Below, piece after piece: positions 24,018 to 36,110 of a stretch of DNA of 64,000 nucleotides (its first letter is position 1; each line of letters opens with the position of its first letter). The translations under genes were made by a program, and so were the position numbers. The notes under the pieces were generated by a model. It was not told the origin of the DNA. It ran no database searches and was given only the letters and a program-made list of their open reading frames with translations. The stretch is taken from contig CAVVDM010000018.1 of the NCBI GenBank assembly GCA_963746885.1, positions 16,489 to 80,488 of the forward strand, read 5' to 3'. This DNA comes from an uncultured Alphaproteobacteria bacterium (GTDB lineage: Bacteria; Pseudomonadota; Alphaproteobacteria; ATCC43930; CGMCC-115725).

Positions 24018-24383
24018 TCAGCGCGGCCGGCGCAGCATCGGCCCGAGGTCGCGCCCGCCGAACAGATGCAGGTGAAAGTGCGGCACCTCCTGGTGCGCCG
24101 CCGCGCCATGGTTCGACAGGATGCGATAGCCGCCCTCGGCCACCCCCTCCTGGCGCGCGATCTTGCCGATCGCCCGCATAAAGCCGGCCTGCTCGGCCTC
24201 CGACGCCGTTTCGGCGAAATCGTCGGCCGAGATGTACTCGCCCTTCGGAATGAGGACGATATGGACGGGCGCCTGCGGATTGATGTCGCGAAACGCCAGC
24301 ACATGCGCATCCTCGTACACCTTGGCGCACGGCAACTCGCCGCGCAGGATGCGGGCAAACACGTTGTTGCGATCGTAGGCCAT
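24018..24383 (-). CDS. HIT family protein
   Basis: The histidine triad HFHLHLF is present in a 121-aa protein. Confidence 0.85.
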   Translation of the reverse strand: MAYDRNNVFARILRGELPCAKVYEDAHVLAFRDINPQAPVHIVLIPKGEYISADDFAETASEAEQAGFMRAIGKIARQEGVAEGGYRILSNHGAAAHQEVPHFHLHLFGGRDLGPMLRRPR

Positions 24384-24393
24384 CGCGGGATCC

Positions 24394-25149
24394 TCAAATC
24401 TGCCGCCGCTGGGCAGTCACAAGGGGGGCAACCTGAAAGGCGCCATAATCGCCGCGCGCCTCGTTCGAGTCCTGGTCGAACGACAGGACGAGCGATCTTT
24501 CACCCTGACGGATGTCCCAGTCGTCAAAGCTCCGGTATCCTGACCAGGCCCTCGAGTTCGACAGCCAGGCCAAAGCCGCAAGGCGGCTGCGTTTCAGATA
24601 GGCGCATACTCTGCCCGATCCATAGACCCCGACCCGATAAGCGGGAACGTGCCCCCCGGCAGCGCGCCAAAAGCCGGCCGAAACGCCGCGAAAATACTGG
24701 TCGATTCCCCAGAGGTCGGTTTCCTGAGCGTTGAAATCGACCGCAAAATAGATGGCGCTGCCGGCTGGCTGATCGATCCTCCTGGCTTGGCCGTAGGCCG
24801 CCAAAGCGTCGGCGTAGCCGGAGGCGTAGGAAAAATAGCTCGGCCGGTGCGAGTGCGACTCCCAGGTGACCACCAGCTTCATGCCGCCCGTCGACACCGA
24901 CCGCGCCTCCGCCGCCGACAAGGCAGGCCAGTGCGAGGCCGGGTCGCGATAGTAGCGAGCGACGAAGTCGATCCGGCTCGCCTTGAGTTCAAGCGATACG
25001 TCGCGAGCATCGGTCGGCAGATCGATACCCCGGCTCAGCCCAGGCGCCAGCAGCAGCGCGGCGGCGGGCGACGGCGGCGGCGGCGGGCCGAAACAACCTG
25101 CGAGCAGAAGGCCCGCGGCGGCAACGGCGATCACGCGGGACCCAACCAT
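24394..25149 (-). CDS. DUF1906 (Rv2525c-like glycoside-hydrolase-like) lipoprotein
   Basis: A lipobox LLLAGC is present. Family-like blocks are IDFVARYY...LSAAEA...IYFAVDFN...YFRGV...VGVYGSG. Confidence 0.7.
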   Translation of the reverse strand: MVGSRVIAVAAAGLLLAGCFGPPPPPSPAAALLLAPGLSRGIDLPTDARDVSLELKASRIDFVARYYRDPASHWPALSAAEARSVSTGGMKLVVTWESHSHRPSYFSYASGYADALAAYGQARRIDQPAGSAIYFAVDFNAQETDLWGIDQYFRGVSAGFWRAAGGHVPAYRVGVYGSGRVCAYLKRSRLAALAWLSNSRAWSGYRSFDDWDIRQGERSLVLSFDQDSNEARGDYGAFQVAPLVTAQRRQI

Positions 25150-25196
25150 CTCGCCGGCTCTCCACATGCGTTTGTGGTATGGCTTCAAGTGCCGCA

Positions 25197-26367
<1,171 letters not shown>

Positions 26368-26375
<8 letters not shown>

Positions 26376-27084
26376 ACTTTGTCTTGCCCGGGATCCGCCG
26401 CGCCCAATTCGGCAAATCCGCCCGCGTCGAGAGCAGCGCCAAGAGGTCGCCTCGGTCCGCCAAAGCCAGGCGAACCGGCGCGAACGAGCGGCGATGGTGC
26501 GGTGTGACGCCGCGCCTGCCGATGCCGGCGACATGCTCGGCGGTCGCATAGCCGACATTGCTCTCCCATCCGTAGCCGGGATGGCGTCGCGCCAGGGCCT
26601 GCATGATTCGGTCGCGGGTGACCTTGGCGACGACCGAGGCGGCGGCGATCGAGAACGACAGCGCATCGCCCTTGACCACGGTGCGCACCACGCAGGGCAG
26701 CGCCGGGGCGACATTGCCGTCGACCAGCGCGATGTCGGGAACCGCCCCTGCCGCCGCGCCCAGCGCCATCACCGCCCGCCGCATCGCCAGGAGGCTCGCG
26801 CGCAGGATGTTAATCCGGTCGATCTCGCGCACACTCGCCGCCCCGACGCCAATGCTCGCCGCCCCGACCTCGGCACAGCCGAGCAGCGCCCGATAGCAGC
26901 TTTCGCGCCGCTCACGCGAGAGCGCCTTCGAATCGTCGAGCACCTGCCGCAACGGGCCGCGAAAACGGCGCCTGTCAATGACCACCGCGGCCGCCACCAC
27001 CGGGCCGGCGAGCGGCCCGCGCCCGGCTTCGTCGACGCCGCAGACCAGCCCCGCGCAGCCCCGCTCGATCGCGAAATCCGGCAT
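26368..27084 (-). CDS. rnhB: Ribonuclease HII
   Basis: The conserved block GVDEAGRGPLAGPVV...DDSK is present. ATG 27084 is preceded by a G9 run. Confidence 0.9.
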
Positions 27085-27307
27085 CGCGCTTCCCCCCCCC
27101 GGGCGGCGCCGGATCGCACCGCTGCACACCCCGCGCTTGTGCCACGCCGCCGCGGGCCGCACAAGCCGACCACCGCCGGTGATTATATACCTGACTGAAC
27201 GACCGTAATGGCCGCCGGCCGGGCGGCAGCGGCCCCGATGCGATCGGCCGGCAGCTGAACAGCACAACAAGCAGCAAAGCGAGCCACCCCGCCCGATGCT
27301 TCCGTTC

Positions 27308-28867
27308 TCACACACCCTTGAGTTCGATGTCCTCGTAGGAGGGGAACGGGTCGAGATAGACCTCGCCGATCGTGCTCCGGGCGATGCGCGGCCCGATGCC
27401 GACGAGAGAGATCCGGTCCATCACCTGTGCGAACATGACCCGGTCGATCGTCAGCTGCTGGATCTGGTGCAACAGCGCTTCCCGCTTCTGGCGATCGGGC
27501 TCGACCGCCTGCTGCCGGAACAGCGCGTCGATATCGGGATAGCCACCCGAAGCGAAGGAGCCCTTTGAATCGACGAATGCTGCGACGCGCGTCGCAGCGT
27601 TGCCGGCACTCCCTGAGGCCGTCATGAACAATCCGTGAAATTTGTGCGCGTGCCAGCTGGCGTTGAACGCCGCGCGCTCCAACTGCTGCAACCTCACCCG
27701 GATGCCGACCGCGATCAGGTCGTTGACCACCGCTTGAGCGGCGGTCGGGAAGCCCGGGATTGCGTGGAAATCGCCGGCGTCGATGCCGTTCGGGTAGCCG
27801 GCCTCGGCGAGCAGCTGCTTGGCCTTCTGCGGGTCGTAGGTCATCGGCTTGGTCTGCAGCGCGAATTCCATGACGTGCGGCACGATGACGTCAGTCGGCG
27901 TGCAGAACCCGAGGCAGGCCGCATCGTTGATGCCTTTGCGGTCGAGCGCGTAGTTGACCGCCAGGCGCAGCCGCTTGTCGTGCCACGGCGATTTCGGGTC
28001 GTACTGGTCGGGGAACTCGATCCAGAAATTCGAGGCGTGCTTGGTCGCCTCGATATGCGTCTTCGGGTCGTTCTTGACGCCCTGGGCCTCGATGCCGTCG
28101 AGCGCAAACGCGATGTCGACCTCGCCGGTCTTGACCATCAGCGCCCGCGTGGTGGCTTCGGGCACGCTGCGCATCACCAGCGACTTAACGTAAGGCGGGT
28201 GCCGCCAGTACTTGTCGAAGGCCTCGAAGACCATTTCGATGCCCGGCTTGCTGCTGACGAATTTGTACGGGCCTGCGCCGATCGGGTGCTTCTTGAAGCC
28301 GTCCTCCCCGACCGTCTCGACGTATTTCTTGGGTAGCACGAACCCGGCGGCGCTCGCCGTAGTGCCGTAGAACGTCATGAAATCGGGCCAGATCTCCTTC
28401 AAATGGAAGCGCACCACCCGGGGGTCGACAACCTCGACCCGCGCGACCTTCTCCTTGAGCAAGGTGGCTGCGCCGCCCTTGTAGCGATCGAAGCTGAACT
28501 TGACGTCGTCGCTCGTGACAGGATCGCCGTTGTGGAAGGTCAGGCCCGGGCGCAGCGTGAATTCGTAGGTCAGGCCGTCTTCGCTCTCGTGCCACGACTC
28601 GGCGAGGCTCGCGCCGATCTTCTGGCCCGGATAGGGACGCACCAGAGCGTCGTGCACCGCATAGAGAATGCCGAACGGTGTGATGTTCGGCGGCGCGATC
28701 GACGGATCGACCCAGGACGGCGAGATCGTTACGTGCCAGGCGATGACGACCTTCCCCTCCGGCGCTCGGCCGGCGGAAAACGCAGTCCGCGCGGGCAGCA
28801 CCAGCGGCGCCGCCAACAGCGAGCCGACGACCGCGCGGCGCGACAGCCGGTTGTCGTGCGAAGCCAT
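27308..28867 (-). CDS. ABC transporter substrate-binding protein, family 5 (peptide/nickel type), no cognate permease or ATPase in the window
   Basis: The protein is 519 aa with a Tat/Sec-like N-terminus SRRAVVGSLLAAPLVLPARTAFS. Its length and composition are typical of DppA/OppA-like proteins. Confidence 0.8.
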   Translation of the reverse strand: MASHDNRLSRRAVVGSLLAAPLVLPARTAFSAGRAPEGKVVIAWHVTISPSWVDPSIAPPNITPFGILYAVHDALVRPYPGQKIGASLAESWHESEDGLTYEFTLRPGLTFHNGDPVTSDDVKFSFDRYKGGAATLLKEKVARVEVVDPRVVRFHLKEIWPDFMTFYGTTASAAGFVLPKKYVETVGEDGFKKHPIGAGPYKFVSSKPGIEMVFEAFDKYWRHPPYVKSLVMRSVPEATTRALMVKTGEVDIAFALDGIEAQGVKNDPKTHIEATKHASNFWIEFPDQYDPKSPWHDKRLRLAVNYALDRKGINDAACLGFCTPTDVIVPHVMEFALQTKPMTYDPQKAKQLLAEAGYPNGIDAGDFHAIPGFPTAAQAVVNDLIAVGIRVRLQQLERAAFNASWHAHKFHGLFMTASGSAGNAATRVAAFVDSKGSFASGGYPDIDALFRQQAVEPDRQKREALLHQIQQLTIDRVMFAQVMDRISLVGIGPRIARSTIGEVYLDPFPSYEDIELKGV

Positions 28868-28960
28868 GTGTCCCCCTTTAATTTATTTATGTCTGAAGCT
28901 CGCCCGGTCCGCCGGGGCCGCACCGATGCGGCGGCGCCCGACGCCGTGGAGCCGCGAGCG

Positions 28961-30100
28961 CTACGGCTCGTTGGTCATGATGATGGTGCCGCTGGCGGCG
29001 AACATGCCGCCGACGCCGTGGCACACCGAGATCTTGGCGCCGGGCACCTGGGCCGGGGCGATGCCGCGCATCTGCCGCACGCTCTCCTGCAAGGCGTACA
29101 TGCCGTACATGCCGGAATGCATGTAGGAGAGGCCGCCGCCGTTGGTGTTGAGCGGCAGTTTGCCGCCCGGCGCGGTGTTGCGCTCGCCGATGAAGGCCGC
29201 CGCCTCGCCCTTCTTGCAGAAGCCGAGATCTTCGAGTCCGTAGATCGGCAGATGCGCGAAGGCGTCGTAGATCATCAGGTGGTCGACATCGCTGTGGCTG
29301 ATGCCCGCTTCCTCGAAAGCCTTGGCGCCCGACACCCGGAAGGCGCGCGAGGAGGTGAAATCCTCCATCTGGCTGACCATCGGCGTCTCGACCGATTCGC
29401 CGGTGCCGAGCAGATAGACCGGCTTCGTCGGAAAATCCTTGGCGCGGTCGGCCGTGGTCAGGATCAGCGCGCCGCCGCCGTCGGTCACCAGGCAGCACAT
29501 CAACAGGCGGAACGGATAGGCGATCATCCGCGATGCGAGCACGTCCTCGACCGTGATCGGGTCGCGGAAGGTGGCGCGCGGGTTCTTCGCGGCCCATTCG
29601 CGCTGGACGACGGCGACCGTCGCCAGCTGCTCCTGGGTGATGCCGTAGGTCTTCAGATAGCGCAGCACCGGAATGGTGAACAGGGTCGGCGGCCCCATCG
29701 GCCCGTAAGGCAATTCGAACTGGCCCTGCAGGCTGCCGGGCGACACCGCCGGGCGCGAGCGCGCGATGCCGGAGCGGCCGCTCTCGCCGTGGGTGATCAG
29801 GATCGTCTTGCACAGCCCGCTTTCGATCGCCGCGGCGGCGTGGCGGACATGGATCATGAACGAGCAGCCGCCGACCGCGGTGCCGTCGACCCATTTCGGC
29901 GTGATGCCGAGATAGTGCGCGATCGTCGTCGGGGTCTCGCCGGCGGTGGCGACGCCGTCGATGTCCTTCGGGCCGATGCCGGCATCCTTCATCGCGTTGA
30001 GCGCAGCGTCGGCATGCAATCCGATCTGCGACAGATTGGTGATGCGGCCGAGTTCGGTCGTCTCGGCGGCGCCGACGATGGCGATCGATTTCGGTTTCAT
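28961..30100 (-). CDS. Thiolase-like protein (SCP-x / lipid-transfer type)
   Basis: The 379-aa protein has an N-terminal IAIVGAAETTELGR block and a C-terminal ...NTNGGGLSYMHSGMYGMY....GVGGMFAASGT. Confidence 0.85.
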   Translation of the reverse strand: MKPKSIAIVGAAETTELGRITNLSQIGLHADAALNAMKDAGIGPKDIDGVATAGETPTTIAHYLGITPKWVDGTAVGGCSFMIHVRHAAAAIESGLCKTILITHGESGRSGIARSRPAVSPGSLQGQFELPYGPMGPPTLFTIPVLRYLKTYGITQEQLATVAVVQREWAAKNPRATFRDPITVEDVLASRMIAYPFRLLMCCLVTDGGGALILTTADRAKDFPTKPVYLLGTGESVETPMVSQMEDFTSSRAFRVSGAKAFEEAGISHSDVDHLMIYDAFAHLPIYGLEDLGFCKKGEAAAFIGERNTAPGGKLPLNTNGGGLSYMHSGMYGMYALQESVRQMRGIAPAQVPGAKISVCHGVGGMFAASGTIIMTNEP

Positions 30101-30104
30101 CGGC

Positions 30105-30470
30105 TCAGCCTTTCGCCGGACGGAACAGGGGGAGCGTGATCTCGTCGTCGATCTTCTCGAAGGCGACTTCGAGCGGCATGTCGAGTACGAGCGCCTCGGG
30201 CGTCTGCGGGCAATCGACGATATTGGTCATCATGCGCGGCCCCTCGTCGAGTTCGACGACGGCGATCGCGTAAGGCGGGGTGAAGCCCGGCACCGGCCGG
30301 TGATGGATCACATAGCTGTAAAGCCGCCCCTTGCCGCTGGCGCGGAACACGCTGACCTCGCGCGCCGCGCAATGCGGGCAGAACGGCCGCGGCGGGAAAT
30401 AGACCTTGCTGCAGGCGTCGCAGCGCTGCAGGCGCAATTCGCCTGCTCGCGTGCCCTCCCAGAAATGCAT
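30105..30470 (-). CDS. Zn-ribbon / OB-fold protein (DUF35), partner of the thiolase-like protein
   Basis: It has the rubredoxin-like LQRCDACSKVYFPPRPFCPHC block followed by an OB-fold region. It lies 4 nt upstream of the thiolase gene. Confidence 0.85.
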   Translation of the reverse strand: MHFWEGTRAGELRLQRCDACSKVYFPPRPFCPHCAAREVSVFRASGKGRLYSYVIHHRPVPGFTPPYAIAVVELDEGPRMMTNIVDCPQTPEALVLDMPLEVAFEKIDDEITLPLFRPAKG

Positions 30471-30620
30471 CGTCTCAGGCGTCGGCTGTCGGTCGCGGGC
30501 GCTGTCCTTCGGGCATGTCGCGCTTCCCCCAGGGAATGTGAATCGGTTGATGTCGAATTAAGGTTGCTGCGTGCGCCGGCTTACGGCAAACGGAATCTGC
30601 ACCGCTTACTGGAGGCGCCG

Positions 30621-31134
30621 ATGATCACCCCGCCCTATGTCCGCACGATGGCCGCCTACAACGCCGAGATGAATCGCCGCCTCTACGCCGCCGCCAATCG
30701 TCTGTCCGACGCCGAGCGGCGGCGCGACCGCGGTGCGTTCTGGCACTCGATGCACGGCACGCTGGTGCACATCCTGTGGGGCGACGGCCAGTGGATGAGC
30801 CGCTTCGACGCCTGGGAGCGCCCGGCGACGCCGATCAAAGAGAGCGACCATTTCTTTGAGGATTGGGCCGCGTTGTGCGCGGCGCGCGACAAGGCCGACG
30901 CCGACATCGACACGCTGGGCGGCAAAGGTGGACGATGCCTGGCTCGACGCGGATCTGGTGTGGTTCAGCGGCGCGGCGCAGCGCGAGATCCGCGCCCCGA
31001 AGCGCCTCCTCGTCACCCATTTCTTCAACCACCAGACGCATCACCGCGGCCAGGCGCACGCCCTGATCACCGCCGCCGGCGAGACGACCGACGACACCGA
31101 CCTGTTCCTGGTGATCCCGCAGATGATCGCGTGA
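30621..31134 (+). pseudogene. DinB family protein, one frame break at ~30910-30913
   Basis: A GGAGG precedes ATG 30621. The N-terminal half (..HSMHGTLVHILWGD..) is in one frame. The C-terminal half (RWAAKVDDAWL...HFFNHQTHHRGQAH) is in the +1 frame. The span is 514 nt, which is 3n+1. Confidence 0.75.
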
Positions 31135-31141
31135 CCGGCGG

Positions 31142-32221
31142 CTAGCGCGGCGGCGGCGCGACCCCAAGCAGCCGCGCCGCGTTGCCGCCGAAGATCAGCC
31201 GGCGCTGCGCGTCATTGAGCCCGGGCGAACCCTCGACAAAGCCGATCGGGTCGGTCATGCCCATGTCATAGGGATAATCGGTGCCCATCAGCACATGGTC
31301 GGGGCCGTATTGCGCGACGAGATATTCGAGCTGGTGGTGGGTGAACACCATCGTGTCGAAATGCAGGCGCTTCAGATAGGTCGTCGGATCTTCCTTGATG
31401 TGCTCGCAGCAATCCGGCCGGGCCGCGGCGGCGTGGTCGATGCGCCCCGAATAGGCCGGCAGGTAGCCGCCGCCATGCGCGATCACCAGCTTCAATCCGG
31501 GATAAGCGTCGAGCACCCCGCCGAAGATCAGGTGATGCACCGCGATCGTCGATTCGAGCGGGATGCCGATCACGTTGCTGAAGTAATGGTCGCCGAAGCG
31601 GCGCCCCTCGGTGAAGCCCGAGGGGTGCATGAACAAGAGCACGCCCAGTTCCTCGCATTTGGCGAAGATCGGGCGGAAACGGGGGTCGGAGAAATCGGCG
31701 CCGTCGACATTGGAGGAAATCTCGATGCCGCGCATCCCCAGCGAATGCACCAGCCGATCGAGTTCGCGGATCGCCAGTTCCGGCGCCTGGAACGGGATCG
31801 TGCCGAGCCCGACGAAGCGGTCGGGGTGGCGCGCCACGAGGTCGGCGATGTTGTCGTTGACCGCGCGGGCCGACGCGAGCCCCAGCTCCGGCTCGGTCCA
31901 GTAGAACATCTGCACCGGCGCCGGCGAGATCGCCTGCATGTCGATGCCCATCACGTCCATGTCGGCGAGGCGCTGCTCGACCGAAGTCAGCTGGACATGG
32001 GTGCGCTGCATCTGCTCGTGCTGCACCGCGCGGGTGCGCTCGTTGGCAAAGCGCATCGTCGCGTCGCGCTCGGCGTTCCAGAACGGGCGCACCATCTCGT
32101 CGGCCTTGTCGAAATGGACGTGGCAGTGGATGTCGACCGTGAACCACTTGCCGCGCGGCCGCTGGGGACCGGGAAAGCGGCCTGGGATTCGGGCGCCGGG
32201 CGGCGTGCAGGTGAACAGCAT
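31142..32221 (-). CDS. Amidohydrolase-2 family protein (ACMSD-like metal-dependent hydrolase/decarboxylase)
   Basis: The metal motif DIHCHVH is present. Other family blocks are ...VIAHGGGYLP... and ...LMGTDYPYDMG. Confidence 0.8.
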   Translation of the reverse strand: MLFTCTPPGARIPGRFPGPQRPRGKWFTVDIHCHVHFDKADEMVRPFWNAERDATMRFANERTRAVQHEQMQRTHVQLTSVEQRLADMDVMGIDMQAISPAPVQMFYWTEPELGLASARAVNDNIADLVARHPDRFVGLGTIPFQAPELAIRELDRLVHSLGMRGIEISSNVDGADFSDPRFRPIFAKCEELGVLLFMHPSGFTEGRRFGDHYFSNVIGIPLESTIAVHHLIFGGVLDAYPGLKLVIAHGGGYLPAYSGRIDHAAAARPDCCEHIKEDPTTYLKRLHFDTMVFTHHQLEYLVAQYGPDHVLMGTDYPYDMGMTDPIGFVEGSPGLNDAQRRLIFGGNAARLLGVAPPPR

Positions 32222-32241
32222 TCGAATGTCCTCTCGGATCC

Positions 32242-33165
32242 CTATTGCACTTCGACCAGTTCGATCGCTTCGCGGCTCGGGCCTTCGATCATCACGGCGC
32301 GGGTGTCGCCGAGCTGGTAGGGGCCGTCGAGGAAGGTCACCCCCTCGCCGCGCAATTTGGCGGTCCACGCGTCGAGGTCGGCGACGCTGAGCGCGATATG
32401 GTCCTGCATCTGGCCGCGGCTTGGCGCGAGCGGCGCGTCGCCCTGGTTCATGTACCAGGTCAACACGACGTCGCCAAACTCGACCCCGGCGCGCGGCGTG
32501 CGGAACATGCCCTCGCGGTTGAGCGCGGGCCAGGTGCGGTCGGCGCCGCGCTCGACCCGGCAATCCGCCCCGCTGGCGACATCGGGGAAGCCCTGGCGCA
32601 CCGGCGCGTTGAGGTGCTCCTTGTACCAGGCGAGCGCGCAGAACGGCTGCTCATGCCACATATGCACATGGTTGAAGCGCTCGGCCGGGTAGTCGCCGGC
32701 GATCTCGAACAACGCATCCTCGGGGCCGCCCGACATATAGGCGAAGCCGCCCCCGTGGGTCGGCTGGACGCCCTTGGCGCGCGCCTCGGCGATCTGCGCC
32801 CGGGTCAGCCCGAGCGTGTTGCCGATGGAAGGCCAGGTGTCGCTGCTGATCAGCACCGAGCCGCCCTCGTCAGTCGTGTAGAGCGGCCGCATCGTGACCT
32901 CGGGGCGGCTTTTGTACGCTTTGACGGCTTCCTGCGAATCGGTGACATGCCAGCCGAAATGCCAGATCGCGCTTTGCGGCTGGGTCGGCGGCGGCGCGGC
33001 GACCTTGTCGAACAGCACAAGCACGTTGTTCGGCGAATAAAGCGCCGGAGTGCCGGCCCAATGCCCCCGGCGGGTGCTGGGAAACAGCCCCGCGTAGAAG
33101 TCGATCGCGGCATCGGGATCGACCGAATTCAGGTGCAGATGATGGAAGCCGGGGGTCGGGAGCAT
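32242..33165 (-). CDS. VOC (glyoxalase/bleomycin resistance/dioxygenase) family protein, two-domain
   Basis: The N-terminus is GFHHLHLNSVDPDAAIDFY and a second module contains DHIALSVADLDAW. A GGAGGA precedes ATG 33165. Confidence 0.65.
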   Translation of the reverse strand: MLPTPGFHHLHLNSVDPDAAIDFYAGLFPSTRRGHWAGTPALYSPNNVLVLFDKVAAPPPTQPQSAIWHFGWHVTDSQEAVKAYKSRPEVTMRPLYTTDEGGSVLISSDTWPSIGNTLGLTRAQIAEARAKGVQPTHGGGFAYMSGGPEDALFEIAGDYPAERFNHVHMWHEQPFCALAWYKEHLNAPVRQGFPDVASGADCRVERGADRTWPALNREGMFRTPRAGVEFGDVVLTWYMNQGDAPLAPSRGQMQDHIALSVADLDAWTAKLRGEGVTFLDGPYQLGDTRAVMIEGPSREAIELVEVQ

Positions 33166-33252
33166 CGGGCATTTCCTCCGCGAAATTTCGCGCACTATGC
33201 GCCGGCCGCGCCGGAAATCAACGCCCCGGCGCCGCCCCAATGACGGGCGGCA

Positions 33253-34638
33253 TCAATCCGCGCTCGAATGCGTCATATCCTCCGGGCGCACCCAGGCGTC
33301 GAACTCGGCTTCGCTGACATGGCCGAGCTTGAGCGCCGCTTCGCGCAGACTGAGCCCTTCGCGGTGCGCGGCGAGGGCGATCGCGGCGCTCTTTTCGTAG
33401 CCGATATGCGGGCTGAGCGCCGTCACCAGCATCAGCGACTGCGCCAGATGCTCGCGGATGCGCGGCTCGTTGGCGGCGATGCCGCGGACGCAGCGCGCGG
33501 TGAACGAGCCGCAGCCCTCGGCCAGCAGCTCGGCCAATTCGAGCAGGTTGTGCAAGATGATCGGCTTGTAGGCGTTGAGCTGAAAACTGCCCTGGCTGCC
33601 GGCGAAGGCGACCGCGTGGTCGTTGCCGAAGACCTGCACCGCAACCATCGTCAATGCCTCGCACTGGGTCGGGTTGACCTTGCCCGGCATGATCGACGAG
33701 CCCGGCTCGTTTTCCGGCAGGATCAATTCGCCGATCCCGGCGCGCGGCCCGCTGGCATACCAGCGGATGTCGTTGGCGATCTTGAACAGGGCCCCAGCTA
33801 GCGTGCGCAACGCCCCGCTCGCCGTCACCATCGCGTCATGCGCCGAGCCGAGCGCAAACAGGTTGGCGGCGGGGCGGAAGGGCCGGCCGGTCGCGGCCGC
33901 GATCAGCTCGACGGCGAGCGCGCCGAAGCGCGGCGGCGCGTTGAGCCCGGTGCCGACCGCGGTGCCGCCGAGCGGCAGCTCGTAGAGCCCGCCGAGCGCC
34001 CCGTCGAGCGTCGCCGCGGCCTGCTCAAGCTGCGCAATCCAGCCGGAAAACAATTGCCCGAGGGTCAGCGGCGTCGCGTCCATCAGATGCGTGCGGCCGA
34101 TGATGACGATCTCCCCGAGCGCCCGGCCGCGCTCATCCAACGCCTCGCGCAACTCGGCGAGCGCCGGCAACAGTGCGCCCGCAATCGCCTCGACCGCGGC
34201 GACGTGCATGACCGCCGGAAAGGCATCGTTCGACGACTGGCTGCGGTTGACGTCGTCATTGGGGTGGATCGCGAGGCCGGAGAGCAGCGAAGCGCGGCGG
34301 GCGATGACCTCGTTGGCGTTCATGTTGGACTGGGTGCCCGAGCCGGTCTGGAACACGACCAGCGGAAACTCGCCGTCGTGCGCGCCGCCGATCACCTCGT
34401 CCGCCGCCTTGACGATTGCGTCCGCCTTGTCGTTCGGCAATTGCCCGAGCCGCGCATTGGCTTGCGCCGCGGCCTTCTTGAGGATGCCGAAGCTGCGGAT
34501 CACCGTGCGGCCCCACACGAAACGGCCGCGCCCGATCGGGAAATTCTCCAGCGAGCGCTGTGTCTGCGCGCCCCACAGGCGGTCTTCGGGCACCTCGACC
34601 GGGCCAAGGCTGTCATGTTCACGCCGCATCTCGGACAT
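33253..34638 (-). CDS. fumC: Class II fumarate hydratase
   Basis: The signature [16 protein letters not shown] is present and the N-terminus is [21 protein letters not shown]. An AAGGAGG precedes ATG 34638. Confidence 0.95.
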   Translation of the reverse strand: MSEMRREHDSLGPVEVPEDRLWGAQTQRSLENFPIGRGRFVWGRTVIRSFGILKKAAAQANARLGQLPNDKADAIVKAADEVIGGAHDGEFPLVVFQTGSGTQSNMNANEVIARRASLLSGLAIHPNDDVNRSQSSNDAFPAVMHVAAVEAIAGALLPALAELREALDERGRALGEIVIIGRTHLMDATPLTLGQLFSGWIAQLEQAAATLDGALGGLYELPLGGTAVGTGLNAPPRFGALAVELIAAATGRPFRPAANLFALGSAHDAMVTASGALRTLAGALFKIANDIRWYASGPRAGIGELILPENEPGSSIMPGKVNPTQCEALTMVAVQVFGNDHAVAFAGSQGSFQLNAYKPIILHNLLELAELLAEGCGSFTARCVRGIAANEPRIREHLAQSLMLVTALSPHIGYEKSAAIALAAHREGLSLREAALKLGHVSEAEFDAWVRPEDMTHSSAD

Positions 34639-34746
34639 CGGCCGCCCTCCTTTTGTGAGCGCCTTCATCGGCCACCGGTTATCTATGCAGCCGTCGCCCG
34701 CGCCGCACGCTAATATCTTGCGAAGTGCGGCCGGGGAGCATCGGGG

Positions 34747-36084
34747 ATGACGGCATCGCGACAATTACGGCTGGGCGCCTTCATGCGCCCCGTCGGCATC
34801 CACACCGCCTGGTGGCGCTATCCCAGCGCCTACCCCGACGCCAACTTCAACCTCAAGCACCTGGTCCGCTTCGCCCAGAAGCTGGAACAGGGCCGCTTCG
34901 ACGCATGGTTCATGGCCGACCACTTGGCCGTCCTCAACATGCCGATGGCGGCGCTGAAGCGCAGCGCGACGGTGACCTCGTTCGACCCGCTGACCCTGCT
35001 GCCGGCGCTCGCGATGGTGACCGAGCATCTCGGGCTGATCGCGACGGCCTCGACCACCTTCGAGCCGCCCTACACGATCGCGCGCCGCTTTGCCTCGCTC
35101 GATCATATCAGCGGCGGGCGGGCCGCGTGGAACCTCGTCACCACCTCCAACCCCGACGCGGCGCTCAATTTCGGCCTGACCGAGCACATGGAGCACGACG
35201 CACGCTACCGCCGCGCCCGCGAGTTTTTCGACGTGGTAACCGGGCTCTGGGACAGCTGGGCCGAAGACGCCTTCGTTCGCGATGTCGAGCACGGCATCTA
35301 TTTCGATCCCGAGCGGCTGCACGTGCTCGACCATCAGGGCGAGTTTCTGTCGGTGCGCGGCCCCTTGAACATCGCGCGGCCGATCCAGGGTTGGCCGGTC
35401 ATCGTCCAAGCGGGCGCGTCGGATGCCGGCCGCCAGCTCGCCGCCGAGACCGCCGAGATGGTGTTCGCCAGCGGCGGGCGCCTGGCCGATGCGCAGAGCT
35501 ATTACGCGGACGTCAAAGGCCGGGCCGAGCGGTTCGGGCGCAACCCCGACCATATCAAAATTTTGCCCGGCTGCCTCGTCGTGGTCGGCGACAGCGCTGG
35601 CGAGGCGCGCGACAAGCGGGCCCTGCTCGACAGCCTGGTGCATCCCGACAGCGGCATCGCCTCGTTGTCGATCGCGCTCGGCTGCGACGCCTCGCAATTC
35701 GATCTCGACGCGCCGCTGCCCGACATCCCGGCAACCAACGCCTCCCAGAGCGGCCGCCAGCGCGTCATCGACCGCGCCCGGCGCGACAACCTGACAGTGC
35801 GCCAGCTGGCACAGATCGCCGGCAGCTATGGCGGGCTGGCGATGGTCGGCACGCCGGCAATGATTGCCGACGAGATGGAGGAATGGTTCTTCGGCGAGGG
35901 CTGCGACGGGTTCAACATCATGTTCCCGTACGTGCCGCAGGGGCTCGATGATTTCGTCGACCGGGTGGTGCCGGAACTGCAGCGGCGCGGCTTGTTCCGC
36001 CGCGAATACGAAGGCAGGACGTTGCGGGAAAATCTCGGATTGCCGCGGCCGGAAAACCGCTTCTTCAAGCAGCCGCGCTGTTAA
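34747..36084 (+). CDS. LLM flavin-dependent monooxygenase, NtaA/SnaA/DszA type
   Basis: The 445-aa protein starts [20 protein letters not shown]...[10 protein letters not shown], which is typical of this subfamily. Confidence 0.85.
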   Translation: MTASRQLRLGAFMRPVGIHTAWWRYPSAYPDANFNLKHLVRFAQKLEQGRFDAWFMADHLAVLNMPMAALKRSATVTSFDPLTLLPALAMVTEHLGLIATASTTFEPPYTIARRFASLDHISGGRAAWNLVTTSNPDAALNFGLTEHMEHDARYRRAREFFDVVTGLWDSWAEDAFVRDVEHGIYFDPERLHVLDHQGEFLSVRGPLNIARPIQGWPVIVQAGASDAGRQLAAETAEMVFASGGRLADAQSYYADVKGRAERFGRNPDHIKILPGCLVVVGDSAGEARDKRALLDSLVHPDSGIASLSIALGCDASQFDLDAPLPDIPATNASQSGRQRVIDRARRDNLTVRQLAQIAGSYGGLAMVGTPAMIADEMEEWFFGEGCDGFNIMFPYVPQGLDDFVDRVVPELQRRGLFRREYEGRTLRENLGLPRPENRFFKQPRC

Positions 36085-36110
36085 AGAACTCGCCCGCGAA
36101 TGGAAAGCCC

